In this document: positions 43,277 to 54,048 of the stretch, one piece after another
Layout of the letters: every line of letters begins with the position of its first letter
Numbering within the stretch: the stretch's first letter is position 1
Assembly (NCBI GenBank): GCA_963696385.1
Contig: CAVOKF010000007.1
Coordinates: forward strand, 448,001-512,000
Direction: 5' to 3'
DNA from: an uncultured delta proteobacterium
GTDB lineage: Bacteria; Myxococcota_A; Polyangia; Polyangiales; Polyangiaceae
DNA: 64,000 nt
Program-made: the position numbers and the translations under genes
The notes under the pieces: model-generated
Seen by the model: only the letters and a program-made list of their open reading frames with translations
Databases searched by the model: none
What the model was told of the DNA's origin: nothing

Positions 43277-43924
43277 ATGACGACCATCGGACTCATCGGC
43301 GCAGGCCGCATCGGAAGCCAGGTCGCGCGCCTGGCCATCGCACACAACTACAACGTCGTGATCAGCAACTCGCGCGGCCCCGATACACTTGCGGATCTCG
43401 TCAAGGAGCTCGGCCCGAGAGCTCGCGCAGCAACGTCCGTCGATGCGGCGAAGGCAGGCGACGTCGTCGTCGTCACCGTCCCGCTCAAGAACTACCGGAG
43501 CGTTCCGGTCGAGCCCCTTGCAGGCAAGGTCGTCATCGACACGAACAACTATTACCCGCAGCGTGACGGGCACATCCCCGAGCTCGACAACGAGTCGACG
43601 ACGACCGCCGAGCTGTTGCAAGCGCACCTTCCGAAATCGAAGGTGGTCAAGGCGTTCAACCACATCTACGCGGCCGAGCTCACGACGCACGGCCAACCCG
43701 CCGGCACCGCGAACCGGCGCGCCCTCGTCATCGCGGGCGACGACGCGAACGCGAAGGCCACCGTAAGCAAGATGCTCGACGCGTTTGGCTTCGACACGGT
43801 CGACGCAGGACCGCTTAAGGAGGGCTGGCGCATCCAGCGCGACACGCCGGGCTACGGACCGCGACGCAATGCCGAGGAGCTGCGGAGGGACCTTGCGGCA
43901 GCGAAGCGGTACCGGGATATGTGA
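43277..43924 (+). CDS. NADPH-dependent F420 reductase family oxidoreductase
   Basis: IGAGRIG, NSRGP, IDTNNYYPQRDG, VKAFNHI. Confidence 0.92.
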   Translation: MTTIGLIGAGRIGSQVARLAIAHNYNVVISNSRGPDTLADLVKELGPRARAATSVDAAKAGDVVVVTVPLKNYRSVPVEPLAGKVVIDTNNYYPQRDGHIPELDNESTTTAELLQAHLPKSKVVKAFNHIYAAELTTHGQPAGTANRRALVIAGDDANAKATVSKMLDAFGFDTVDAGPLKEGWRIQRDTPGYGPRRNAEELRRDLAAAKRYRDM

Positions 43925-44073
43925 GCGAGGCACGCTCCAGAAGGACACGATTGCACGTGCGGTCTCAACGAGCCCCACGAGCCCTGCGATCCGAATGGCC
44001 AATACGCGCAACCATGGGGCCCCAGACGCAAGGGATCTTGTGGGGCCGCCGAGGAGCGCGTCTACTCGCTCTC

Positions 44074-45009
44074 ATGTGCGACAACGATTCCTTCGACGAC
44101 ATGGTGGCGTACCGCCTTCGCTCCGAGCCCCTCTCGCGGCGAGGCTTCGGCTCTCTCTCGCTCGGCGCAGGATTCGCGTCGCTCCTGCCGATCGGGTGCC
44201 AATCAGCCGATCCGGCAGTGGGTCCGGTGCCCGCACCGACGGCGGCGGCAGCCGGAGCGGGGATCGCGACGTCCGAGTCGGAGGTCAGCATCACGACGCC
44301 GGACGGCGCGTGTGACGCCTACTTCGTACATCCAACGAACGGCACGGCTCCGGCAGTCCTCATCTGGCCGGACATTTTCGGTCTCCGTCCGGCGTTCCGT
44401 CAGATGGGAAAGCGGCTCGCCGAGTCGGGATACGCCGTGCTGGTGGTGAACCCCTTCTACCGGACGAAAAAGGCGCCGACGTCGTCTCCGCATGCGCAAT
44501 TCGACGATCCGGCGACGCGTGAAGCGCTGATGGCGCTAGCGCATTCGCTGACGCCGGAGACCGAGGTCACCGACGCGAAGGCTCTCACGGCGTGGCTCGA
44601 CCAGCAACGATCCGTCGACAGGTCTCGCAAGATGGGAACGACCGGCTACTGCATGGGCGGGCCGCCCGTCATGCGCACGGCGGCGACGAATCCGGATCGC
44701 ATCGGAGCCGCTGCGACGTTCCACGGCGGAGGCCTGGTGACCGACAAGCCGGACAGCCCGCACCTTCTGATTCCGAAGATGAAGGCGCATTTCCTCGTCG
44801 CGATCGCCGCCAACGACGACGCCAAGCAGCCGGATGCGAAGGAAACGCTCAAAGCGGCGTTCGCCCAAGCGTCTCTGCCGGCGCATGTCGAAGTGTACGA
44901 AGGGACGATGCACGGTTGGTGTCCGCCGGATTCGCACGTATACAACCGCGATGCGGCGGAGAAGGCGTGGGGCGAGCTCCTCATGCTGTTGAAGAGTGCG
45001 CTCGGGTAG
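44074..45009 (+). CDS. Dienelactone hydrolase family protein with Tat-like signal
   Basis: SRRGF, WPDIFGLR, GYCMGG, FHGG, HGW. Confidence 0.92.
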   Translation: MCDNDSFDDMVAYRLRSEPLSRRGFGSLSLGAGFASLLPIGCQSADPAVGPVPAPTAAAAGAGIATSESEVSITTPDGACDAYFVHPTNGTAPAVLIWPDIFGLRPAFRQMGKRLAESGYAVLVVNPFYRTKKAPTSSPHAQFDDPATREALMALAHSLTPETEVTDAKALTAWLDQQRSVDRSRKMGTTGYCMGGPPVMRTAATNPDRIGAAATFHGGGLVTDKPDSPHLLIPKMKAHFLVAIAANDDAKQPDAKETLKAAFAQASLPAHVEVYEGTMHGWCPPDSHVYNRDAAEKAWGELLMLLKSALG

Positions 45010-45022
45010 GGCGTCACGACAA

Positions 45023-47629
45023 TCACCCGAGCTCCATTCTCGGCGCGAGCAGGGCTTCGAGCGCACCGATCAGTTCGTCCACTTTCACCGGTTTTGTGAG
45101 GTACCGATAGAACCCAGCCTCGATGCCACGATGCTTGTCCCGTTCGGATGCGGCGGCGGTGAGGGCGATCACGGGAATGTCCTTGGTGTCGGGAAAGTCG
45201 CGAAGCGCTCGGAGCGCGTCGAGTCCGCTCATTCCCGGCAAGTTGATGTCCATGATGATGACCTCGGGCTGACGTCTGCGCGCCAGATCGACTCCGAGCT
45301 CGGCTGTCGCCGCGGCGAGCAAGTCGATGTTCTCGAACGTGCTGACGAGATCCTTCATGAACGTCACGTTGGCCTGGTTGTCCTCGACGTAAAGGATGAG
45401 CCTGCGTCCTTCGCCTGCGAGACGATTCGTGATGACGACCCCAACCGGGGGTGGAAGGCTCGATCTCGCTTGGGAGACGTGAACCGGCAGGTCGACCCAG
45501 AACTGAGAACCTTCGCCGAAGACGCTCTGGAAGCCGACCTCGCCGTGCATGAATTCGGCGAGGCGCTTCGTGATGACCAGCCCGATACCCGTCCCCTCGA
45601 TCGGCCCCGTCTCCTGTCCCGCCCTCTGGAACGGCTGGAAGAGCTTGGCCTGCTTCTCGGCCGGGATGCCCATCCCCGTATCGCGCACGGTGACGCGCAC
45701 CGACTCGGCGCGCGGGAGCGAGACCGTGAAGGTCACCTTCCCCGATGGCCGGTTGTACTTAATCGCATTGGATCCCAGGTTCATGAGAATTTGCGAGAAC
45801 CTGGTTCGGTCCACCGAAACCAGGGGAAGGTCCGCGGGCAGCGCATCGACATCGACCCGAATCCCTTGGCGCGCGGCCATCGTTTCGAGCGTTGTCCTCA
45901 CTTCATCCAAGACCTCGGTCACGCTGACAGGCTCCAGCGAGATCGACACCCCTCCCGCTTCGATGCGCGACAAATCCAGGATGTCGTCGATCAGGTGGAG
46001 CAGGTGCTCGCCACCCTTCAGGATCTGATCGACGCGCTCGTTTTGGCGAAGCGAGAGCGGCGTGTTCCTGTCCCGTTGCAGCAGTTGCGCAAACCCCAGG
46101 ATCGCGTTGAGCGGCGTGCGAAGTTCGTGGCTCATGGACGCCAGAAAGTCACTCTTGGCTTGATTCGCCGCCTCGGCTGCCGTGCGGGCCTCGCGCAGTT
46201 CCTCGGCCAGACGGACATCGTCGGTGAGGTCCCAAATCGTCTTGACGATGCCCCCTTCCGCCGTGCGCCGATCGATGACCCGCAGGCTGCGCCCGTCCTT
46301 CATGCGCAAGTCGAAGGTCGTCGTTTGATCGTGTCGTCGCCTGGCCATCCGCTCCGCACGAAAGCGTTCGCGCTCCGCATCGTCTTGAAACGCGACGTCG
46401 TGGATCCAAGCGTCGAGCAGGGCCTCGTACGGTCGCCCGACCACGGCCCCTGAAATGGAGTCGCCGATGAAGCGCCGATAGACGCTGTTGCACAGGACGA
46501 GTCGATCGTTGTCGTCGAAAAGCGCGAACGCGTCCTGAATGCTCTCGACCGAGCTTGCAAGCCTGTCCGCGAGGAGCTTGGCTTGCGCCTCCATCCGCTT
46601 GCGCTCCGTGATATCGCGGATCGCGGCGGAGACGGTCCGGCCTTTCTCGGTCTGACGGGGGCTCAGGCTTACCTCGATCGGCAGCTCCGTGCCGTCCTTT
46701 CGACGGCCAAAGAGTTCAAGTCCCGAGCCCATCGGACGGGCGCTTGGATGCGCGAAGAAGCTCGCCAGACGTGCGACATGCGCGTGCCGGAACCGCTCAG
46801 GGATCAAGACGTCGAGGGGCTGGCCGATGAGTTCGGAGCGCGTGTAGCCGAACAGTCGTTCGGTCTGTACGTTCACGAGATCGATCCGGCCGTCGGCGGC
46901 CACCACCACGATCGCGTCGGGCGCCGTGTCGAGGAGTTGAAGGTACCCCTGCGAAGATGCGAGCTCTACGACCTTGGCGTTCAGCTCGGCGGTTCGCGCC
47001 TGAAGGGCACGAGCGGTCTCCCTCTCGGCAACTTGAGCCTTTACAGCGGCGGCATGCGCAGCCTGCTCCGCTGAATAGGACCGGGCGTTTCCTATGGCGA
47101 GTGCCGCATGGTCAGCCAGAATCTGGGCCAGATCCCGATCGCGCTCATCGAACGGCAGGGAATCGTGCCTGAAACGGCCCCACGCCAGGACACCAATGGA
47201 TTGCCCGCGTAACCGCAACGGAACCAGCAATCGACTGTGCAAGCCAAGCATCCTCGCCCGCTCATCGTTCTCGGGTGACATGCCCGACGTAGCAAGGGAC
47301 GACGCTCCTGATTGCAGTACCTCTCTTAGGAGCGGGTTTTCCCCAAGCTGGAAAGGCTGCGTCGCGAGCACGAAGCGCAGTGTCTCTGCCTCGCAGGAAT
47401 GGATGGCCACGGTGTCGAGCGTTTGCCCGTCCTCCGAGAGCAGGAGCACGCGACAGACGTCTCTGAGCGACTCCGCCAGTTTGCGCGCCATGGTGTCGAG
47501 CAGGCGCCTATAGTCGCGCGTGTCCTCCGCAAAGGAGCGCGTGACCTCGGAAAGGACGCGGAACCATCCCTCGAGGCGCTGAACTTGTTCTGCCGCTCCC
47601 GGCGCGTTCGGCACGATAGCGCTAGTCAT
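45023..47629 (-). CDS. Hybrid sensor histidine kinase (GAF-PAS-PAS-HisKA-HATPase-REC)
   Basis: [39 protein letters not shown]. Confidence 0.95.
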   Translation of the reverse strand: MTSAIVPNAPGAAEQVQRLEGWFRVLSEVTRSFAEDTRDYRRLLDTMARKLAESLRDVCRVLLLSEDGQTLDTVAIHSCEAETLRFVLATQPFQLGENPLLREVLQSGASSLATSGMSPENDERARMLGLHSRLLVPLRLRGQSIGVLAWGRFRHDSLPFDERDRDLAQILADHAALAIGNARSYSAEQAAHAAAVKAQVAERETARALQARTAELNAKVVELASSQGYLQLLDTAPDAIVVVAADGRIDLVNVQTERLFGYTRSELIGQPLDVLIPERFRHAHVARLASFFAHPSARPMGSGLELFGRRKDGTELPIEVSLSPRQTEKGRTVSAAIRDITERKRMEAQAKLLADRLASSVESIQDAFALFDDNDRLVLCNSVYRRFIGDSISGAVVGRPYEALLDAWIHDVAFQDDAERERFRAERMARRRHDQTTTFDLRMKDGRSLRVIDRRTAEGGIVKTIWDLTDDVRLAEELREARTAAEAANQAKSDFLASMSHELRTPLNAILGFAQLLQRDRNTPLSLRQNERVDQILKGGEHLLHLIDDILDLSRIEAGGVSISLEPVSVTEVLDEVRTTLETMAARQGIRVDVDALPADLPLVSVDRTRFSQILMNLGSNAIKYNRPSGKVTFTVSLPRAESVRVTVRDTGMGIPAEKQAKLFQPFQRAGQETGPIEGTGIGLVITKRLAEFMHGEVGFQSVFGEGSQFWVDLPVHVSQARSSLPPPVGVVITNRLAGEGRRLILYVEDNQANVTFMKDLVSTFENIDLLAAATAELGVDLARRRQPEVIIMDINLPGMSGLDALRALRDFPDTKDIPVIALTAAASERDKHRGIEAGFYRYLTKPVKVDELIGALEALLAPRMELG

Positions 47630-47817
47630 GGAATCTTCGCCTCTGGCTTGCTCTCAAGGTGCAACGGTCAGGGCCGACGGGGAGATCCCCCGGAGCAGGT
47701 GGCCGTCGTTCGAGAGATGTCGCCGTGCGAGTCGTAGACGCCGAACGGGCTCATTGCACGCCGGAGAAACGCCGGCCGTGGGCGGTTCTGCCTTGCGTGA
47801 AGACCGCGCGCCGCGGC

Positions 47818-48234
47818 CTATGCGTCCGGACGTCGGAGGGACGCTGTTGGCGAGGGGGGTAGCCCGCCGGCGACATCGCCGGTCGCCCTCGACGAGGACC
47901 GGGACAGGAGCTCGACACGCTTGCCCGTCAGGCTAGGGGTGAGCACGCGATACAGGACGCTAGAGCCGCATCCGGTAACCGCATACTGTCGCTCCCGGTC
48001 CAAGCGCCTCATTTCGAGGTTGTTGCTCTCGCACGGTAAATCACGAGAAGCACTCGCCTTGAGAGCCGACACGAGCGGGTCCGGCGTCGTCTCCGATTGT
48101 TGGAAAACGGTGCCGCCGGTGGCGGTAACCGAATACGCACCGCACCCCGCGCATAGCCAAATGCCACCGATCGTCGCGCCTACCCGCAGCGGCCACCTCA
48201 GCCTTTTCACCGTCTCGTCACGTTCCATAGCCAA
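47818..48234 (-). CDS. Putative small lipoprotein
   Basis: LCAGC lipobox; ASRDLPC..YAVTGCG motif. Confidence 0.55.
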   Translation of the reverse strand: MAMERDETVKRLRWPLRVGATIGGIWLCAGCGAYSVTATGGTVFQQSETTPDPLVSALKASASRDLPCESNNLEMRRLDRERQYAVTGCGSSVLYRVLTPSLTGKRVELLSRSSSRATGDVAGGLPPSPTASLRRPDA

Positions 48235-48426
48235 GCCCCAGTGCGGCGCCTCCGGCTGTGCCGTTCATTGACGTGGAAACGCGTCGCTTGCCGGACCTCC
48301 GTAAAACGTCCGGCAGAAGCATTTCTTCCGCGTGTGGCCAATAAATTTGCACTTCAGAGCGCCAATGCTGCTGCCAGCGGAATGCGCGGACGTGTGCGGG
48401 GCAAGTCGCCGCGCCGTGGTCGCCCG

Positions 48427-48531
48427 TATCTGGAGCTGGCCCAGCGGATGAATCTTTCGCTGGCGACGCTCGACTAGGAACTGCTTACCGCGAGCGCCGC
48501 CCTTGGTGTCCCCCTGCTCGGCCTGTCCTGA
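48427..48531 (+). pseudogene. C-terminal remnant of a VapC/PIN toxin
   Basis: YLELAQRMNLSLATLD*ELLTASAALGVPLL with in-frame TAG at 48475. Confidence 0.55.
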
Positions 48532-48851
48532 CCGAGAGCGCGTTCGGCCCATCGGGCGCTTCTGCTGGGCACCCTCTCCTCGCCGGAATCCCACTTTGCC
48601 TACAGAGGACTTACGGCTGAGCTATAGTGTCCGTATGAATCGCCCCTCGAGTGGAGGCACAACTCACCCGTCGGCGAGCATCGGCGAGCGCGGCACGCCC
48701 CAAGGCCGCCTCGTCCTGCGCTGGTTTTTCCGTCGCCAAGCGACACCGCTTGCGGACAGCCCGGTCTTCGGGATCGTGGGCGGCCGCATAGATGGCGGTC
48801 CTTCGTGGCTCCACCTCTTGCCGTGGAACTCTCAACTGGAGGAAGCAGAAC

Positions 48852-49558
48852 ATGGGACTCACGATGATGAACATGGCGAGCCTCGGATTTGGCCTGTCTC
48901 TGGTTGCCGCAAACGTGGCATGTGGCGGTGGATTAAGCGGGGCGGGGGCGGATCCCCCGGCCTCGGCCACCGGTTCCGCTCAAGTCACGGTCAATCTCGA
49001 TCTGCCGAACGTCGGCAATCCGAAGTACGACACATTTTTCAGTAGCGTCGTCGAACTGGAGCAACGCGTCGCCGACGCGCGTGCGGCTCTCGAGAATGCA
49101 CCAGCGACGCTGAACAAGGCGATGAACCTGGCCGAGGCGACCGACTTCGAAACGGCCGTCAAGAACATAAGCGGTAGGCTCAAGGGCAAGGTGACGGTGA
49201 CCATCAACGTCGGCCCAGCCGGCGCGGACGTGAACGTCGTGGCCGCCTCCGGCGTGACCTTGTCCACCGAAGAGCAGGCGATGGTGGATGCCTACAGGAA
49301 GGTGGCGACCGATGTCGCCGCCATTCCCATAAAGCTCGAGCCCGTGGTGCCTAAGTCGATCGACATCGTCAAGCAGGGCGCGGTACTCACGGTCAGCGCC
49401 AGGTCGGATTTACCGGCATCAAGGGCATAATCACGCTGCCCTCGGTCATTGGTGGAATCAACAAGGCGACGGCCGCAATGGGTGAGATCAAGACCGATGT
49501 TCCGCTCGTGATCGAGAAGTCCAAGACGATGACGGTCGCCCTGTCGGGCGCCATCTGA
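48852..49558 (+). CDS. Putative helical lipoprotein (frameshift near 49410)
   Basis: NVAC lipobox; coding-like continuation TGIKGIITLPSVIGG..ALSGAI* in another frame. Confidence 0.7.
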
Positions 49559-49661
49559 GCCGTCCCGATCCGGAAAGCATGGCGCCGACGTACGGGAAAC
49601 GAGAAGCTACAACGTCGAGCGTCAGCATGAGGACGCCGGCACTGAGCGCCGATGTCGGCCG

Positions 49662-50576
49662 TCAGCGCGCTCGGCGCGGCACGCGCCCATATGGCGCCGT
49701 CCTCAGCTCGTCGGCGAGAAGCTCCGCGACGGCCCGCACCCGCGGGATGGCCAGCGAGCTGCGAGCGCAGACGAGGTGCATCGATGAGGAGATGGGCCCG
49801 AGATCGAGCTTCATTTCCACAAGCGTCGTCGGCACGGCCCGCGGGCTACGGACACGACCGAGCGGGATCGCTCCGACGCCCGCCTCCGCGGCTCGCCGCT
49901 GCACGAGAAAGTCGTCGGACGCGAACACGGGACGGAAGCCCGGAATGCGCGAGGCCAGCTGCGGGTTGGGCGGGAGGTGCTCAAGCGGCGGCGCCCAGCC
50001 GATCCAGCCAACGTCGCCGGGGCCGTACCCACGCGGCAACCGTTCGATGTACCCGGGCGTCGCGTAGACCGCGACATCGAACTCGATAGTGGCCACCGTC
50101 ATCAGATCGCGCCGGGCTGTGGCGCGATCGAGGCGCTCCATGCGTAAGCCGAGATCCGCCTCGCGTCGCGCGAGATCGAGGTATGCCACCGTGGACACCA
50201 CCTCGAGTCGGACGTCCGGCAGTTCGTCGCGCGCCCGCTGCGCGAACGGCGCGATGAAGTCGAACGCGACGCCGGGAGGCGCGGTGAGGCGCACGACGCC
50301 GCGGGGCTTGGTGTCCGCGCCGGAGACGACGTGGTCGACATCGCGAGCCGATTCGGCCATCCGCCGCGCCGGATCGACAACGCGCTCGCCGAACGGCGTC
50401 AAGCGCGTTCCGTCGACCGCGCGCGTGAAGAGCGGCTCGCCCAGGCGCGCCTCCAGGTCCGCGAGCTGACGGCTCACCGTGGGCTGGGTAACCTGCAGGA
50501 CCTTGGCCGCCCCACTCAAGCTCCCCGCTTCGGAAACGGCGAGGATCATCTCGATTTCGCTCCAGTGGACATGCAC
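49662..50576 (-). CDS. LysR family transcriptional regulator
   Basis: GSLSGAAKVLQVTQPTVSRQL, GVVRLT, DLARREAD. Confidence 0.92.
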   Translation of the reverse strand: MHVHWSEIEMILAVSEAGSLSGAAKVLQVTQPTVSRQLADLEARLGEPLFTRAVDGTRLTPFGERVVDPARRMAESARDVDHVVSGADTKPRGVVRLTAPPGVAFDFIAPFAQRARDELPDVRLEVVSTVAYLDLARREADLGLRMERLDRATARRDLMTVATIEFDVAVYATPGYIERLPRGYGPGDVGWIGWAPPLEHLPPNPQLASRIPGFRPVFASDDFLVQRRAAEAGVGAIPLGRVRSPRAVPTTLVEMKLDLGPISSSMHLVCARSSLAIPRVRAVAELLADELRTAPYGRVPRRAR

Positions 50577-50642
50577 TGGCGCATGATACCATTCGTACTT
50601 TGGCGGTTTTCATGTATTCGCGCATAGCTCAGACTCGCGGGC

Positions 50643-51608
50643 ATGAAGACGCTCACTTCCCTCCCCACCCTCGTCCTCGCCTCCCTCCTTTCACTCGCGC
50701 TCGACGGCTGCGCAGCCACGAGCCACCCAACCGCCCCGGCGTCGATCGGGACGCCGGGCGCAGCGTCCACCTTCGATGCTCTCATCGACCACCCCGGCCC
50801 GATCGAGGTCGACACCATTGTCTCGGCCCGCTGGCAGGTCGACCGCAGCGGCCTCCTTGACCTGAGCGACGCCAAGGCAAAGGCGGCCGGCCTGGTCGAT
50901 GGCCCCGAGCCCATCGACCTGTTCATTCACGTCATCCGCCATCCGCAGAAGGGAACGTTCCTCGTCGACTCCGGTGTCGAGCGCGCGTTCCTTGCGGATC
51001 CGGACCACGCGCTCATCCACGGATGGCTCGGCGGCATGGCCCACCTCGACAAGCTGCGTGTCGACCGCGACATGGCGTCGGTCGTGGCAGCCACCGGCTC
51101 GGTCCAGGGTCTCTTCCTCACTCATCTGCACCTGGATCACGTCCTGGGCTTGCGGGACGTCCCCTCGTCGACGCCGGTGTACGTAGGCGTCGGCGACGCG
51201 CGCGACCGATCGTTCATGAACCTTTTCGAGAGCGGCGTTTACAACGACGCGCTTTCCGGCAAGGGCCCGCTACGCGAGATCCGCTTCGATGCCGATCCGG
51301 ACGGTCGCTTCGACGGCCTGCTCGACATCTTCAACGACGGCTCGCTCTGGGCCATCTGGGTTCCAGGGCACACGCCCGGAAGCATGGCATTCCTTGCGCG
51401 CACCCCCCACGGTCCCGTGCTCCTTACGGGCGACGCGTGCCACACTGCGTGGGGCTGGGAACACGGAGTCGGCCCGGGGAAGTTCTCCGACGACATCGCG
51501 AAGAGTGCCGAGAGCCTCTCGCGACTCGAGGCGCTCGTCACGCGGCACCCGCGCATTGAGGTCCGCCTCGGTCACCAGCAGCTGCCGGTGGCCTCGGCGC
51601 AGCGGTAG
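50643..51608 (+). CDS. MBL-fold metallo-hydrolase, lipoprotein (AHL-lactonase-like subgroup)
   Basis: LDGC lipobox, THLHLDH, PGHTPG, GDACH, LGH. Confidence 0.9.
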   Translation: MKTLTSLPTLVLASLLSLALDGCAATSHPTAPASIGTPGAASTFDALIDHPGPIEVDTIVSARWQVDRSGLLDLSDAKAKAAGLVDGPEPIDLFIHVIRHPQKGTFLVDSGVERAFLADPDHALIHGWLGGMAHLDKLRVDRDMASVVAATGSVQGLFLTHLHLDHVLGLRDVPSSTPVYVGVGDARDRSFMNLFESGVYNDALSGKGPLREIRFDADPDGRFDGLLDIFNDGSLWAIWVPGHTPGSMAFLARTPHGPVLLTGDACHTAWGWEHGVGPGKFSDDIAKSAESLSRLEALVTRHPRIEVRLGHQQLPVASAQR

Positions 51609-51652
51609 TCGTCGACCCCGACCCCGACCGAGCGTGGTATCCGTATGGGCGG

Positions 51653-51757
51653 ATGAAGGTCATGATCTTCGGCGCCACGGGCATGGTTGGGCAGGCCGCG
51701 CTGCGCGAGTCTCTGCTGGACCCGGCCGTGGAGCGAGTTCTCACGGTTGGGCGAAGA
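51653..51757 (+). pseudogene. N-terminal remnant of an NAD(P)-binding epimerase-like protein
   Basis: MKVMIFGATGMVGQAALRESLLDPAVERVLTVGRR, then runs into a convergent gene. Confidence 0.7.
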
Positions 51758-51780
51758 ACACGCTACGCGATCCCGACCTC

Positions 51781-52938
51781 TCAGAACGACGCCTGGCCGT
51801 AGAGACCCGCTTGCCAGACGTCGCCGCGGGGAGCGCCCGGGTAGACGTCGAGGGGGAAAACGAGGGAGACGACAGGAAAAGACAGCGTGAGTTGGCCGCG
51901 GAAACCGACCCGCGGCGAGGAGCCAGACCGGAGCTGGACGGGGACGCCGGCGCCAACGCCGACGGAGGGAATGAAGACGAGCAGATTGGGGGACGCGACC
52001 TCGGCGAGGGGGGCGAGGGTCGTCACGGACGCGAAGTCCGTGTCGACCGCCGCAGAGACGATGAGCCACGACGGCGCGGCGACTTCGTAGCCGAAGCGGG
52101 CGCGGATGCCCCGGGTGTCGAAGCGCGAGCCGACGCCGACCAGGGGCCCGCCGTGGAGCACCGAGGTGCCGGGGGCGGTCACGAGCTCGAAGCGCAGCGT
52201 AGTGACGTCGCGCGAGGCGATGCGGCGCCGGGCGACCGTCTCGCCGCGCTCGTCGGTCGCGGTCCAATCATCCTGGCCATCGGCCCAAAAGCGCGCGTCG
52301 GGGACATGCACCTCTACATCAATCATGGGCGCGCCGCCCCAGCTCCGGATCGGCGAGACAGCGTACGCGTACGAGCTTTTGGCCTCGCGGCGCTCGCGCG
52401 TACCGAGCCAGACGTGCCGTACTTCGATGGGCGACTGCGCGAAGCCGTGCGCCGCGGCGCCTGTGATCCTCGAGACGGGGCGCATGCGGCCCGAGAACGT
52501 AATCGTGGCGCGCTCGCCCGCTTCGACCGCGAGGGCGAAGCCGCTCCGCCCGACGGACGCGTCGTGCGCAAGCGCCGGATCGATCGCGGCGACGTTCGCG
52601 TCGACGGCAGCGAGCTGCTCGGGGGTGAGCTCGCGGCGCGCGTCGGCCCCGTCCGCGACGGCCTGGAAGGCGTCGGTCGCGATGCCGTAGAACGCGCCGA
52701 GAACTTCCTCGCGGACATCGCCGGGGTTGCGCACGTGGTAAACGGCAGTGAAGGCGCAGTCCGTCGCGTCGCACCGGAAGGAGAGCTCTTCGTGCTCGAC
52801 GACGAGCCTCGTCGGTCGCTCGAGGAAAGCCCCGCCCTCCGCTTCGGGCGCGCGCACGAACGTTTGGGCGGCGTTGGCCTCGGCCACGCCGGCGACCGCG
52901 AGCGGAAAGACGAATGCGGCGAGTGCGATCGCGCGCAC
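51781..52938 (-). CDS. Exported hypothetical protein with beta-barrel-like C-terminus
   Basis: Signal peptide (AEANA), VEHEELSF..Y..N, SWGG; alternating strands ending YGQASF. Confidence 0.7.
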   Translation of the reverse strand: MRAIALAAFVFPLAVAGVAEANAAQTFVRAPEAEGGAFLERPTRLVVEHEELSFRCDATDCAFTAVYHVRNPGDVREEVLGAFYGIATDAFQAVADGADARRELTPEQLAAVDANVAAIDPALAHDASVGRSGFALAVEAGERATITFSGRMRPVSRITGAAAHGFAQSPIEVRHVWLGTRERREAKSSYAYAVSPIRSWGGAPMIDVEVHVPDARFWADGQDDWTATDERGETVARRRIASRDVTTLRFELVTAPGTSVLHGGPLVGVGSRFDTRGIRARFGYEVAAPSWLIVSAAVDTDFASVTTLAPLAEVASPNLLVFIPSVGVGAGVPVQLRSGSSPRVGFRGQLTLSFPVVSLVFPLDVYPGAPRGDVWQAGLYGQASF

Positions 52939-53931
52939 TCAACCGCCCTGCGCGGGGATTGTCGTCGTGATAGCGCCGAAGTAGTTGTCGACGAAGTCCT
53001 TCGTCGGGATTTGCTTCGCGAGCTCGGATTCGCCCCACGTCCAGAAGCTCAAGTTCGCGACCTGGCGCGTGGCGTCCGGTACGATCTCGCTGAGGAGCGT
53101 AATCCAGTGGTTGGGGAACGCATTCATTATGAACGTGTCGTCGACGCTCGTGAGCTGGAGGGGCGCGAGGAGGTTCGCGTTAATGAGGAGAGCGTTGTCC
53201 GTCCCCGGCGCGCAGGTCAGCGTCGACGCGGAAGGAATGCCCGGCCGCGACGCCCAGCGCCCATTGTCGACCACCGAGGCGAAGAACCCCGTCGCCCTGA
53301 ACCACGACGCGACCTCTTCAGGACGCGTCATCGCCGCGATCGTCTGGTCGGGATCGCCGCGCCAGTCGGCGTGCCACCAGACATTCATCGTGTTGCGCAG
53401 CGCGCCGAGCAACATCCAGACGGCCTGCGTTGCCGGGAAAGCCTCCATCTTCTTTCGCATCGACGCGTAGTCGGCACTGAGCAGGTTGGCGTTGGGCCGG
53501 AGCTGCAGGCTGCCGAGAGGCGCCGCGCCCATTTCGAAGAGCATCGTGGCCGCCTTCGCGACGGCGACGGGGTGGCGACCGATGACGATGTTGAAGAACG
53601 CGGCCGGGCCGCAGAGGTTCATCATGCCCTGCCGGATCTGGCGCGGGTCGCGGATGATCTCCTCGAGCCCGTCGGCGACCGTGCCGCGATCGAGCGACGC
53701 CCAGGCACCCTTCGGCGTCGTCGCGACGGAGACCGTGCCCCCGGGGACAACGGGGATCGTTCGTGGCAACGCAGGCGGCCCCCGGCGAAAGGTGTCGATG
53801 ACGGCGAGCGCGTCGGCGACGGTGGAGAGCTTGAGTGTGTCGGCGCCGCGCTGGTCGTTGACGAACGCCGTCAGGCTGTCGACGTCGTCGAAGGCGTCGG
53901 TCGAGGCGGAACCGGAGACGAGATTGCCCAT
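52939..53931 (-). CDS. Hypothetical protein, papain-like Cys-His fold
   Basis: RQGMMNLCGPAAF, PNHWITL, FWTWG motifs. Confidence 0.7.
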   Translation of the reverse strand: MGNLVSGSASTDAFDDVDSLTAFVNDQRGADTLKLSTVADALAVIDTFRRGPPALPRTIPVVPGGTVSVATTPKGAWASLDRGTVADGLEEIIRDPRQIRQGMMNLCGPAAFFNIVIGRHPVAVAKAATMLFEMGAAPLGSLQLRPNANLLSADYASMRKKMEAFPATQAVWMLLGALRNTMNVWWHADWRGDPDQTIAAMTRPEEVASWFRATGFFASVVDNGRWASRPGIPSASTLTCAPGTDNALLINANLLAPLQLTSVDDTFIMNAFPNHWITLLSEIVPDATRQVANLSFWTWGESELAKQIPTKDFVDNYFGAITTTIPAQGG

Positions 53932-54048
53932 GGATCGCCCTCTCTCGCCAGCGTGCCAGCGAGTGCTCGACGCTAGTCAATCGACTTCGGCTTTCCAACG
54001 GTACCCGAACAGGTGGTGCGCGGTCGCCGAGCGAGGTAAACACCACCC

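Noticed and set aside
44996..46453. 485-aa plus-strand ORF
   Set aside because: Antisense to the histidine kinase
48475..48477. Stop-codon recoding at the in-frame TAG
   Set aside because: Gene is a fragment and other genes use TAG as a normal stop
51289..53976. 895-aa plus-strand ORF
   Set aside because: Antisense shadow of two real minus-strand genes
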